Assembly: GCF_030028105.1 (NCBI RefSeq)
Contig: NC_092396.1
Location: 18,187,820-18,251,819 of the forward strand
Source: Mobula birostris
Taxonomy: Eukaryota
Direction of reading: 5' to 3'
Length of the DNA: 64,000 nt
Positions 39,301-49,022 of the stretch are shown one piece after another. The number at the start of each line of letters is the position of its first letter. Position 1 is the first letter of the stretch. The notes under the pieces are model-generated. The model did not search any database. It saw only the letters and a list, made by a program, of their open reading frames with translations, and was not told the origin of the DNA. Position numbers and translations under genes: made by a program.

Positions 39301-39863
39301 TCAGAAGGTGGGGAGACTTAGCAGAGACAATTAACATACAAATGGGGCACAGGAAAATTCAGAACGATTAGTGCTTTCTGTATTTAAGAACGCATTTGCT
39401 GTGAGAGGCAGAGGCTCATTTCAGCCTGGACAAAACTCCTTGCTTGATTTGGCTGCTCTTGCAGAACTGCCTTGTTTCAGTTTCACTTTCAAAAAATGGA
39501 TTCAAAATGTTCAGCAAAACAGCAGCTGCTCCCCAATCTTAAGCCCCCCACTGCCCCACCACCTGCCCCCCAGGCACAGAACGCTCCTGAACGTTGCAGC
39601 CTTATTTCAGTTTCAGGGCTGGTCACAGACAGAAGCAGGGGGCACTGGAGAGAGAGCATCAAACCGACAGCAGTCTTGCAGCCACTTCCTTTACTTTTTG
39701 CTCTGGGCTTCAGCCAGAGAAATTCACCCACTTCCCACCAGGATCTCCTCTTCTGCTACACCAGCAAGAACCCCCACCCCCCACCCCTATCCCCTCACCT
39801 GGTGCAGTTCTCAAAGCTGAACCCTCCTTCGGGGGGATGAAGGAGTTTCTTTGCCTTCAACAT
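18238..39863 (-). CDS. psmb10: Proteasome subunit beta type-10-like (beta2i/MECL-1), 8 coding exons, 278 aa
   Basis: Exons (minus): 39863-39799, 38833-38740, 33212-33115, 26112-25972, 22665-22550, 20933-20875, 19307-19156, 18349-18238. Sizes 65/94/98/141/116/59/152/112 match the PSMB7/PSMB10 exon pattern; all GT-AG. Propeptide GGFSFENC...KTG|TTIAG; Thr1, Asp17 and Lys33 present. [17 protein letters not shown] and RVATV are beta2i-type rather than PSMB7-type. PSMB13 not excluded without a tree. Confidence 0.9.
19156..19307 (-). CDS. psmb10: psmb10 exon 7
   Basis: [50 protein letters not shown]; 152 nt. Confidence 0.95.
19340..19525. repeat. Degenerate tandem repeat (CCCAGAGCC..GAGACACTCA) next to the psmb10 exon 7 acceptor
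   Basis: About 4 imperfect copies of 50-60 bp. Confidence 0.7.
19924..20465 (+). mobile_element. Internally deleted Tc1/mariner DNA transposon
   Basis: Transposase N-terminal HTH remnant [30 protein letters not shown]; TA-CACTCAGTG start and repeated TTAGGT end motifs. Confidence 0.75.
20875..20933 (-). CDS. psmb10: psmb10 exon 6
   Basis: [20 protein letters not shown]; 59 nt. Confidence 0.95.
21100..21830 (+). mobile_element. Two adjacent CR1 3' fragments (others at ~9590-9820, ~59380-59855, and ~60425-60880 on minus)
   Basis: [19 protein letters not shown] and the CR1 3'UTR GGCCTAATTCTGTTCCT. Confidence 0.8.
21845..22112 (+). mobile_element. HE1/V-SINE-type element (many more copies, e.g. 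3300-3510 -, 7880-8020, 16560-16810 -, 18670-18870 -, 32630-32860, 40245-40420, 54640-54890 -)
   Basis: GGTTCAATTCC B box plus TTTGTATGTTCTCCCC...GGTTTCCTCTGGGTGCTCTGGTTTCCTCCC V-domain. Confidence 0.75.
22550..22665 (-). CDS. psmb10: psmb10 exon 5
   Basis: [38 protein letters not shown]; 116 nt. Confidence 0.95.
23105..23890. repeat. Minisatellite, 39/41-bp unit (TTAAATGCCCTCTGGGACATGCCATCTTCTCATTCACCA), psmb10 intron 4
   Basis: About 20 tandem copies embedded in a LINE fragment; 119-bp higher-order repeat in the 3' part. Confidence 0.95.
24439..24522. repeat. 42-bp direct duplication
   Basis: ACTGAGGAAGTTCA.TCC.CTCCCCCTCAGTACAACGTAGAC x2. Confidence 0.9.
25015..25656 (-). mobile_element. 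Young 5'-truncated CR1/L3 LINE 3' end, nested in an older CR1
   Basis: Uninterrupted 190-aa ORF2 C-terminus ([20 protein letters not shown]...[10 protein letters not shown]) and (TTCTATG)n tail. Confidence 0.92.
25972..26112 (-). CDS. psmb10: psmb10 exon 4
   Basis: [47 protein letters not shown]; 141 nt. Confidence 0.95.
27250..28080 (+). mobile_element. Decayed CR1 LINE RT fragment
   Basis: [22 protein letters not shown] and KFAGD remnants with stops. Confidence 0.85.
28620..31170 (+). mobile_element. Decayed CR1 LINE ORF2 (RT) with a second 3' end at ~30800-31170 and a PLE-end insertion at ~29843-29938
   Basis: [48 protein letters not shown]. Confidence 0.88.
31540..32600 (-). mobile_element. 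Decayed Penelope-like element
   Basis: [12 protein letters not shown] linker motif and a GIY-YIG C-terminal remnant. Confidence 0.7.
33115..33212 (-). CDS. psmb10: psmb10 exon 3
   Basis: [32 protein letters not shown]; 98 nt. Confidence 0.95.
33250..33790 (+). mobile_element. Non-LTR retrotransposon 3' fragment, HPGHALF-type (others at 22790-23990 +, 28140-28625 -, 36030-36500 +, 55380-55710 -, 62880-63500 +, 63760-64000 -)
   Basis: [18 protein letters not shown]...[20 protein letters not shown]2 C-terminus; clade (L2 or Rex-Babar) not resolved. Confidence 0.7.
35646..35728. mobile_element. Tiny hAT-like MITE
   Basis: CAGTGGTTCCCAAC ... CTTGGGAGCCCCT imperfect terminal inverted repeats and an internal CACGGACCCC/GGGGTCCGTG palindrome. 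Confidence 0.5.
38290..38700. mobile_element. Head-to-head inverted pair of termini from a second Penelope-like family, psmb10 intron 2
   Basis: Arms 38332-38468 and 38559-38696, each with CCAAT, TATATAAA and a decayed CTGATGA...GAAACGTT hammerhead. Confidence 0.6.
38740..38833 (-). CDS. psmb10: psmb10 exon 2 (autocleavage site G|T1)
   Basis: [31 protein letters not shown]; 94 nt. Confidence 0.95.
39473..39615. promoter_or_regulatory. Intron-1 ISRE cluster of psmb10
   Basis: TGTTTCAGTTTCACTTTC (three IRF half-sites, 39473-39490) and TTTCAGTTTCA (39605-39615). Confidence 0.6.
39799..39863 (-). CDS. psmb10: psmb10 exon 1
   Basis: [21 protein letters not shown](R); donor CAG|GTGAG. Confidence 0.9.
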
Positions 39864-39897
39864 GTTCACCTGATGCACCGACTTCTCCTCTGCTCAA

Positions 39898-39940
39898 GGT
39901 TTCACTTTCAGAACACAGAACAAAAACCTCGTGTGATTGG
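39898..39940 (-). promoter_or_regulatory. psmb10 proximal promoter: IRF-E/ISRE and CCAAT box
   Basis: GAAAGTGAAACC on minus (39898-39909), 35 bp upstream of the ATG; CCAAT at 39936-39940. Confidence 0.75.
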
Positions 39941-41844
39941 GCCACAGGCCCTATCAGAAACTATTTTGAAATGACAGAGAAATGGGAGCTCGGACTTCTG
40001 CGAATTTATCTGCGTCTTTCAAAACCCCTCCAACAGACCCCAGTCCCCGCCCGGGGGGGCTGGCCTCCCTCCTGAAGCAGCTTTGGGAGTGACTGAAGAA
40101 GGGGATGATGAACCCCAGCCCCAGCTGGGAGTGAAGGGAGCTGAGCTGGGTTACCCTGACCAGGCCATCACTGAGTTAAAGGTGGCATTAACTGAGAGAC
40201 TTTTCAACACCTGTCTCTGCAAATCGGCGCGCTGGTGCTGGGGAGCCATGGTGACGTAGAGGTTAGCGTAATGTTATCATAGTGCCAGCGACACAGGTTC
40301 AATTCCACTGCTGTCGGGACGGAGTTTGTACATTCTCCCCGTGACCATGGGGGTTTCCTCCAGGTGCTCCAGAGAAATACAGGTTAATTGGTCTCATGGG
40401 AGTTAATGGGTGCTGCAGGCTTGTTAGAATTAGAATTTTATTTCTTACATCCATCTCACAACGTGAGGGAGTAACAATCTTTATGTTGCGTCTCCGTCGC
40501 TATGTACAGGCCATAAAGAAGGGAAATGTGGGAAGATATTGCCCAGACACTAAGATTGTATACACAGTTGTCTTGTATACATGTATGTAGAGTCAGACAC
40601 AATGTCCAGTCAGATATGCAATCAGATCAATGTGTATTAATCAGTCTGATGGCCTGGTGAAAGAAGCTGTCCCGGAGTCTGTTGGTCCTGGCCTTTATGC
40701 TGCGGTACTGTTCCTGTGTTGGGCTGAATGGCCTGTAATTGTGCTGTATTTCCGCATAATTTTTAAAAAAATCTGCTACCTGGGCAGTATGAACTGTAGA
40801 CGCTGGATTCTGGAGCAACGAACAACCTGGTGGGGGAACTCAGCAGGCTGAGCCGCGGGTTCTCTGTGGATGGTGGTGGGGGAAATAGGAAATGTTGACA
40901 TTTCAGACTGAACCCCTGCATCAAGACTGTGGAAAGTGTATCAGACCTCCCCCAAATCGATGCAGAGCTTCTCCAGAGACTTTGTCCTTAATGTGGAGAA
41001 GAGTTTGCTGTTACTCCAGCCGATCTCTCAGGCCGCCCTGCAGCAAGTTTGATGCTGTACACACGACAGGAACCAAGCACAACACCCGGTGCGTTCAAAA
41101 TTCAAGATTCGAGAATGTTTATTATCAAAGAATGTATAAACTATACAACTTTGAGACTTGCTTGTTCACAAAATATTGTGTTGTCAACAGATAATACTTC
41201 TGCTTCAGATTCATTTTATTTCTCACGTGTACATCGGAACAAACGGTGACTGCACCGTTTGCATTAACAGCCAATGCAACTCAAGGACGTGTTTGGGGGG
41301 GGGAGGCTCCAAGTGTTACCCACACATTCCAGCGCCAACTTGGCAAGCCCACAATGCTTTGCAGAACCAGCACAGATCACAACAGCAGCAAAACAAGCCC
41401 AGTTCCTCCCTGACACCCAGCCACCCCTACCTGGACACACAAACACACACACACACACACAGTCCCCCAACCCTAGGACGGGCTGTCTGGCCTCCTGTGG
41501 ATTCGCAGACGTTAAACTTTGACTTCGCCAGTGGACCTGCAGAATCAGGGCTCCAGCCATCGGGCTCAACCTCCGACTGACCTCCAGGTGTTGATCTTCC
41601 GTATTGACCCCAGGACTTGCCGTTGATGAGGACCCTAAACTCCAGGCCTCAACTCTGGACTCTCTGATGACCAGAACCTCAAATACTAGGCCTCTAACTT
41701 TTGCCCCCTTCTGTTCGGTCCTCTCCCTCCAACATATTAAAGCACATGTTTGTTACTGGTGATGATCTCCAAAGGCCCAGTGGAAGGTGGTTGAATGATG
41801 CTGAGAGACAGGGCAGGGGAAAATTGACTCCCAGTCAATCCATA

Positions 41845-42350
41845 GTTACACGTGCAAAATGCTGGAAGAACTCAGCAGGTCAGGCAGCATCTATGGAAAT
41901 GAGACGTTTCAGGCCAAGACCCTTCCTCAGGACAGAGAAAGAAGGGGGAAGACGCTGGAATAAAAAGGTGGGGGAAGGAGAAGGAGGCTGGCTGGAAGGT
42001 GATAGGTGAAGCCAGATGGGTGGGAAAGGTAAAGGGTTGGAGAAGAAGAAATCTAATGGAAGAGGAGAGTGGACCATGGGAGAAAGGGAAGGAGGAGGGG
42101 ACCCAGGGGTAACTAATAGGCAGGTGACAAAAGGTACAAGGCTAGAGTGGGGAATAGAAGAAGAGGGGAGGGGAAGGGATTTTTTTTAAACCAAGAAATC
42201 AATATTCTTGCTATCAGGTTGGAGGCTACCCAGACAGAAATCCAGGTATTGCCCCTCCACGCCGAGGGGGGCCTTATCTTGGCACAAGAGGAGGCCATGG
42301 ACCGACATGGCGGAACGGGAATGGGAATCGGAATTAAAACGTTTGGCCAC
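41845..42350 (-). mobile_element. Penelope-like 3' fragment (similar copies at ~34545-34950 -, ~36620-37050 -, ~24560-24940 +)
   Basis: Same terminal repeat and purine tract as 14710-15300. Confidence 0.75.
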
Positions 42351-44360
42351 CGGGTGAATCCAACATCACTTCCTTCCCGGTGGGAGAATCCAGCTGCCGC
42401 TCATTATTCCTGCTTCCACGGGGCACCACTGCTTAGAAAGTGGAATTTCAGGACTCATATTGCACTCAACTAACTTGCAAGAGAATTCAGAGTTGACGCT
42501 CAAGTCACCAAGGAACTCTGGGATAGCAATTCATGGGTCACCTCACATTCCCTAACTGGGCACTTTCAACCCCAGGCCCAATGTGATGCTGCAGTCTGAT
42601 TCAAGAAGAAGGCATTGCATCAGTGCACATTTCCAGGGAACCACCACCTCATCCAGCAAAATACCAGGGGGAGTTTTGAACCTACAATGGGGGATGATGA
42701 AGCGGAGGCAGCATTTTCCCTGGCAGCGGAGCAGCTACTGAGCATGTGCAACATTAACAACCAAAATAAGTAATCTACTTCATCCCCAGAAAGCAAACTT
42801 TCCCAAAGAAACGACGTGTCACAAAAGAAGGCACTTAACAACAAACCCACTTTAATTTCCTTGTAGAACAGACAAAAGCAAAGACAGAAAACCATTAAGC
42901 CAGTGCAAGCTCTTGGCAAGGATCAGGCACTTGGTTTCCCCAAAGCCCGGCATTAAAACACCTATTGCCCCAAACCTCTTTTCAAATATTGAAAATATTT
43001 CACGATATAGTGTATTTTACCCAGCACTGGTAGTGTCGTTCTTTGGGATTAAATCCCCAAACTCTTCCAAGGAAAGAAACGAGCTTAAACGGTACCATTT
43101 CACAGAAATGAGTAATTACCCCGGAGCAGATCACGGAGGCCCCGGTGCACGAAGTCCAGGTGCCCCTGACTTTCCCCCCCTATCTACGGGCCGGGACACG
43201 ATGAGAGGAGGATCACAGGCCACGCCAGCTTTCTGGCAGGTTGCCAGTCACACAAGTCACCAAAGGACGGGCCGAGGCGCGAACAGCCCCAGACACGGAA
43301 GTGTTCCGGGAACCATCGTGCAGCGCAGGGGATAAATGTCACCCTAGGTAGGGGTGGGAATTTTTAAAATTTAGTTTGTGTTAATCACTGTTATTGTCTC
43401 AGTGTTTTGTTGTACTGAATTTGCAATAGCCGTATTTTTGTAGTAAAACAAAAAAAAACTGTGTCGGAGTTCCCGCTTTGGAAATCCCCGACGCTGAGGT
43501 AAAATCCCCTTCACCAAGAGGCCTCAGCTGAACCAGCGCGTCGGGCAATTACTATTAATCAATCGATTTACAGTCACGGCCAGTTGTCAATATGACAAAG
43601 CAACACAAATACTCCGTATTCGGCCTGCGGTCTACCAGGGTGTCTTCGGGGTCCAAGTGCCCGGCATATTGCAGTGTCCTTACAGGGCATGGCGTAGGGA
43701 GAGGAGTTAAAAACATATTTCCCCCACCCACCCACTCACCCACTCACACCGAGGTCTCTGTCACTACCACTGTGGTAGCTGGCGGACAGCGTTAAACTCT
43801 CCCCCACAAAGGCATCGCCCACTCTGAGAAAGGAAACTAATGAACCCTAAAATCCAGAGGGCTTGCCTGGCACCAGGGGGAAGGGGCTCAGCGAGGCCAC
43901 CTGGGCCTTTGCCCTCTCTCCTCACCACCTGCGGTGTGCCGACAGAGAGCGGAGGATGGAAGCGGGCTGTGTGGGACCCAGCCTTGCATTACACGGCGGA
44001 GTTAATGCCAGCTGTCAACTAGGATCCAACCCACTCCCCACTCCCTCACCGCAGCTCACTGGAACGGAGGTCAACTCTCCAGCCAACCTGGAAGAGAGGT
44101 GGACCCAAGCCAAGCCAGGGAAGCCTGTGGTGTGTGGGATCCGACACGGGATAAAGCTGCTCCCTGTGGAGACAAAATCCCCTTCGCTGCCCCGCTGAGC
44201 GGTTCCCTCCGCAGAGCCACAGCCCCAATCAATTAATATCAATCATCGATTTACAATCATAGACACTTGTCAATATGACAAAACAACACAAAGACTTGGG
44301 AAGCGCTTTTCTAACATGTCCTCGGTATAAAAGTGTCTCCACAGTCTCACTCGGCGAGGC

Positions 44361-47300
44361 TCAGAATCGCCAGGGTCTCCACAGGGTCCTGATGCTGGGA
44401 GCTGTAACTTGTTTCGCAGCGAGCCGACTGGAGGTGGTGTGGGGTGGACTCACAGTCCGGGCGTGTTGTCCCCTCTCTCCTCGGAGGCACTGCAGCAGTT
44501 CGGGCCCCTCGGTCTGGCGTGCCGACAAGAAGCAGAGGGCCTCCTGAAGACAGTGGGTGTAGCCGTTGTTGTAAGCCTGCAGGGGGTGTCTGGCCTGGGA
44601 TCTGAAGGCTGGAAAGAGACAGACAAGAGTTAGGCCTCGGGAGCTGCATTTGGAGTCAAACATTTGGCAGGTCTTTCTGGCCAGTAATTATCCCAACCAA
44701 CATCACTGACACAGATAATGTGGCCATGATCACAGTGCTGCTTGTGGGAGATTGCTGTGCACTAAGTATCTTTATACTTTATTGTCACCAAACAATTGAT
44801 ACTACAATGTACAGTCATCACAGCGATATTTGATTCTGCGCTTCCCACTCCCTGGATTAAAAATATTAAAGAATAAAAATAGTAAAATTAGTAAATATTA
44901 AAAATTTAAATTATAAATCATAAATAGAAAAATGGGAAGTAAGGTAGTGCAAAAAAACTGAGAGGCAGGTCCAGATATTTGGAGGGTACGGCCCAGATCC
45001 GGGTCAGGATCCGTTCAGCAGTCTTATTGGAAAGAAGCTGTTCCCAAATCTGTCTCCTTCCTTTCTGACTTTACAAGAATGTCCTTGTTTTATTCGTTTA
45101 TTTTTTTCAGTTGCAAGCCAAAGTTCGTACAGAAAGCAGGAGCAGGAGAAGGTCACCTAGCCTTTCACGCCTGTCCCAACTTTTCATATGACCCTGGATT
45201 ATCTGAGCTGGACTCCTCCTCTTCTGTGCCATTTCTCAATGCCCCCCTCTTCCTTGATCTATCAAATATTCATCCACCTCCACTTTAAACACATATAATG
45301 ATGCAGATTGCTATGTACTTCAGTTTTCTTTTTCAATATTTTTATTGATTTCTTACAAAAAAGAATACAGAGTACAGGAGGAGATATCATATATCAAATA
45401 CAATATATGTGAATCACACTTATAGTTTCATTACCCCATATTCGTGTAAATTAAATTAAATCATAATATTGAAAAGTAATAATTTTATTATTATACAAAA
45501 AAAATCTAAACCCACTACCGAGAAGGCTGTTTGGTAAAGAAAGAAAAAGGGAAAAAAAATCCTTATCATACAGTAAAACATATTATTAGCCAACATCTGT
45601 ACTTGATAACAAATCAAAGATTTTGAAAGTAATTCAGAAAAGGTCCCCACAATGTTAAAAAGTCTTGTCTTGATTCAGAAATTGAACAACGAATCTTCTC
45701 TAAATTGAAGCTTGACATAACATCGCTTAGCCATTGGGCATGAGTAGGCAGAGCAACATCCTTGCACCTAAGTAACAACGCCCTCCTAGCTATAAGAGAA
45801 ATAAAAGCCAAAATGTGCAAATCAGGAGTCTCCAAAATAATATCTTTTCCTCCAACAGTACCGAATAAGGCAGTCAAAGGGCTTGGTTTAAAATTGACTT
45901 TAAAAAGCACAGAAAAAGTTTGAAATACTTCCTTCCAGTATTTTTCAAATAAATGCTTTCAGGATCTATTTGTTGGAGGAAGTCTCTTTTCGTTTGAGCA
46001 GTTGTCAGAGTTAAAAAAATACACGTGGACTAAGATGTTAACTGTCCTGTGCTATCACCAGTGGGATCATCAGTTGATCTGCCACCTGTCTTCAGGAGTT
46101 TTGGCCCGCTTATGATCAAGACTCCCTCAAGGTGGTGGGCCAGCAGTGCTAAAGCACCACCTCCCACTGGTGAGCTTAAAAACTTGGCATCTGCCGCTAT
46201 CAGAGTTGTTGGTCACTTCCATCCAACAGATAGTCTGCTCTTCAGGTGTCTACGCAACTACTGAAGGGTTTGCAAAAGATGGATACACTGTCTGACTATC
46301 TGCCCCTCTGGACATACTTGGTCCACAGCCATGCTGATCCTTTCTCTGCTGCCTCAGCTACAGCCCTGCTGGTTGACTTGATCTCTCTTCTAGTGAAGCC
46401 AAGGTCACGCAAAAGTGAATGCAATAAACCCAGCTAAATATAACTTAACAAAAACCCACTTTTTTCGGTATTTACATATTAGATACTTCTTGCGGTCTCA
46501 ATTACAAACATTTCCTAAAAGTCCTGATAAGAATTTATTAGATGTAATTTTTAATTCGAAACCCTTTCATAATGGATCAATATCTAATATTTATGGTATG
46601 TTGTTGGGAATGAGAAACGTCCCTTTAGACAAAATTAAAAATCTCTGGGAACAAGATTTACAGACTTCAATTTCTGAGGAAACTTGGAATGAAATTTTAA
46701 AATTGGTTAATACCTCATTGTTGTGTGCCCGTCACTCCCTCCAACAATTTAAAGTGGTCCATAGGGCCCACATGACTAAAGATAAGTTGTCTCATTTTTA
46801 TTTGGATATATCTCCCTATTGTGACAAATAGGGAGGCTTCCAGACCATTCCGGCTGACCGGAAGTGCACTGAGAGCGTTAAGTGTGAAGGAGTTGGGTGC
46901 TTACTGTTCTGGCTAACAACAGATGGTGCAATCCGGGTCATATTACGATCGAGGAATGTGTTTGTAGACTGGATATTGAACTTTTTACTGTCGGACTTCG
47001 GCCACATTCCACCGAGATACAACACTGGACGGCACGGGAGGTCGTTCCTGCCTGTGGCCATCGAATGTGCAGCTCCTCCCATGGAGGGTCAGACACGCTG
47101 AGCCAATAGACTGGTCCTGGACTTACTTTCCATCTGGCATAGTTTGCATTTTGTTGTTTGATTGTTTGTGGTTTTTGTATTGCTATATTTATGCTCTATT
47201 CTTGGTTGGTGCGGCTGTAATGAAACCCAATTTCCCTCGGGATTAATAAAGTGTATCTATCTATCTATCAAATCTAACAATGGAGAAGCTTCATTAATTC

Positions 47301-48638
47301 ATATGTTCTGTACTTCAGTTTTAAAGTTTTCTTTGGTAGTGATGTCCCCTGTCTGAGATGGTCACAGTAGGGGGAACATCACAACATCTGCTCTTTCAGG
47401 ATGATGTATGTTTGAAGAAGGACCCCTTTCATTCTTCTTAAACTCTGAGGAATACAGGTCCAAACCATTTACTCTGTCTTGGCAGGACAACCCTGTCATC
47501 TCAAGAATTAGGCTTGTGTATCTGCTTTGTACTACCTCCAATCTTTTATTCCAGGTAAGGCAACTGGGACTCTGTACTGTATTCCAGGTGCAAACTCACC
47601 AACACCTGTATAATTGATCAAAATCACCCTGTTTTTAAACAGTTTTTGCCTTCTTAACAGTTTGTTCTACTTGCCTGCGAGCTTTTTGTGATTCATGCAC
47701 TGGAACATCCAGATCCTTCTGAACTTTACCAATTTGCGGTATCTCCCTTTTGATAATCCGCATTCTGATTTCTCTTGCTGACGTGCTTGATCTGATGCTT
47801 CCCACATTAATCTCACTCACCCAGTCCCACAGCATTCTCATCACAACATGCTCTTCCACACATTCTTATCTCATCGGTAAATTTAATTTCATTCCTTCTT
47901 CCAGGTCACGAATGTAAGTAGTGAATAACTGTGGGACAAGAACTGATCAGCAGAAGTCCACTAGTTATTTCCATCTGGTCTGAAAAGTTTTATTAGATTC
48001 AACTTTCCCAAATGAGTAAATAGTTCCTTTTTGATTATTGACTCTAGCATCCTGCCATTTAAAGATGATGAGCAAACTGACCTGTAGATTCCTGGCTTTT
48101 AATTTTTTTGAACCCGAGCGTCACACTGGTTGTTTCCCAATATTTTGTTACCCTGCACGAGTTTAACCTCCCACTGAGCCAGGTGCCGTATTCAGTTTGG
48201 CACCTCAGCGTTCCCAGTGATTGGGAGAAGCTGGAATAGTCCGGGAAACACTCACCAAGCAGGTGGTGATGCCTCAGGAAGCTCACACATCTTTCCAAGA
48301 TCTCAGCTTTCTCCAGTCTGTAGTTCGGCTCCGAGTGAAACTCCCTCTCCAACAATCCCTTTAGCTGCACAATGTGGATGCGATCTCTGCGCCGTTTCTC
48401 CACCGCGGGTTTCATCAGCTGCGGGACAAGGGGAGAGAAACAGCTCAGCAAGGGATTGGCAGCCCCCCCCCCCCCACCACCACAAAACCTGCCCTCTCGC
48501 CATCTCCTTCTGGCTCAGAAACACCAGCCCCAGAACCCCCTCCGTCTCACCCTCACTTACCCCACATGGTTCTCTGCAGCTGACCCTGGGTTTGGTACCT
48601 TCCCTCAGGCGCCGACCGGCAGCGGTGCCCGGAGACAT
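44361..48638 (-). CDS. hes5: HES5-like bHLH-Orange-WRPW repressor, copy A (exons 48638-48585, 48418-48256, 44608-44361; 154 aa; 2-aa deletion in helix 1)
   Basis: Three exons with the whole bHLH in exon 2 (HES5 layout). LMKPAVEKRRRDRIH--IVQLKGLLEREF...LEKAEILE; Orange YNNGYTHCLQEALCFL; ends WRPWRF*. An alternative in-frame exon-1 donor lies 24 nt further in. Confidence 0.85.
45314..47322 (-). mobile_element. L1-clade LINE with 5' inversion, 14-bp TSD and two nested insertions, hes5-A intron 2
   Basis: TSD TGTACTTCAGTTTT at 45314-45327 and 47309-47322; ORF2 3' end on minus (45328-45947); upstream ORF2 segment on plus (45948-47308). Confidence 0.85.
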
Positions 48639-49022
48639 GTCTGCTGGGCTGAGCGTGAAGGTGAAGCCCAGCGCGGACCGTGTGAGTGAGAGGCACTGAC
48701 TGATCCAGCTCTCTGAGGCCGGCCTGGGCAGCTGCTGTATTTAAAGGCCGATATTAGCATGACAAAGTGTGGGGCTCTGCTCCCACTCGAGTTCCCACAC
48801 TCACCAGCCAATCCCCCAACTCACTGACAGCACAATAGACGTGTGCCCGGCTACACGGGCAATTAGTGACGGGATCGGCCTCCGTATTGTGGGCAGGGCG
48901 GCCTGAATCTCTGAGGGCCATCTGGACAGCAAGTGAGTCTCACAAATCCCAGGATATTAATGTCGGCACATCCTGGGAAAGTGGCTGGAGGTGGGAGCGA
49001 GGGACAGCTCCCATGTCAGAAT
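48242..49022. repeat. Left arm of ~780-bp near-perfect inverted repeat (hes5-A promoter to exon 2)
   Basis: Reverse complement of 56494-57280, differing by a handful of substitutions and one 6-nt indel. Confidence 0.97.
48738..48812 (-). promoter_or_regulatory. hes5-A promoter: same module as copy B
   Basis: On plus: TATTTAAA 48738-45; ATTAGCATGACAAAG 48753-67; TTCCCACA 48792-99; CCAAT 48808-12. Confidence 0.75.

Noticed and set aside
18238-39863. Calling the proteasome gene PSMB7
   Set aside because: GVAADA, ATDDM and RVATV residues and the ISRE cluster favour beta2i, although a phylogeny is still needed.
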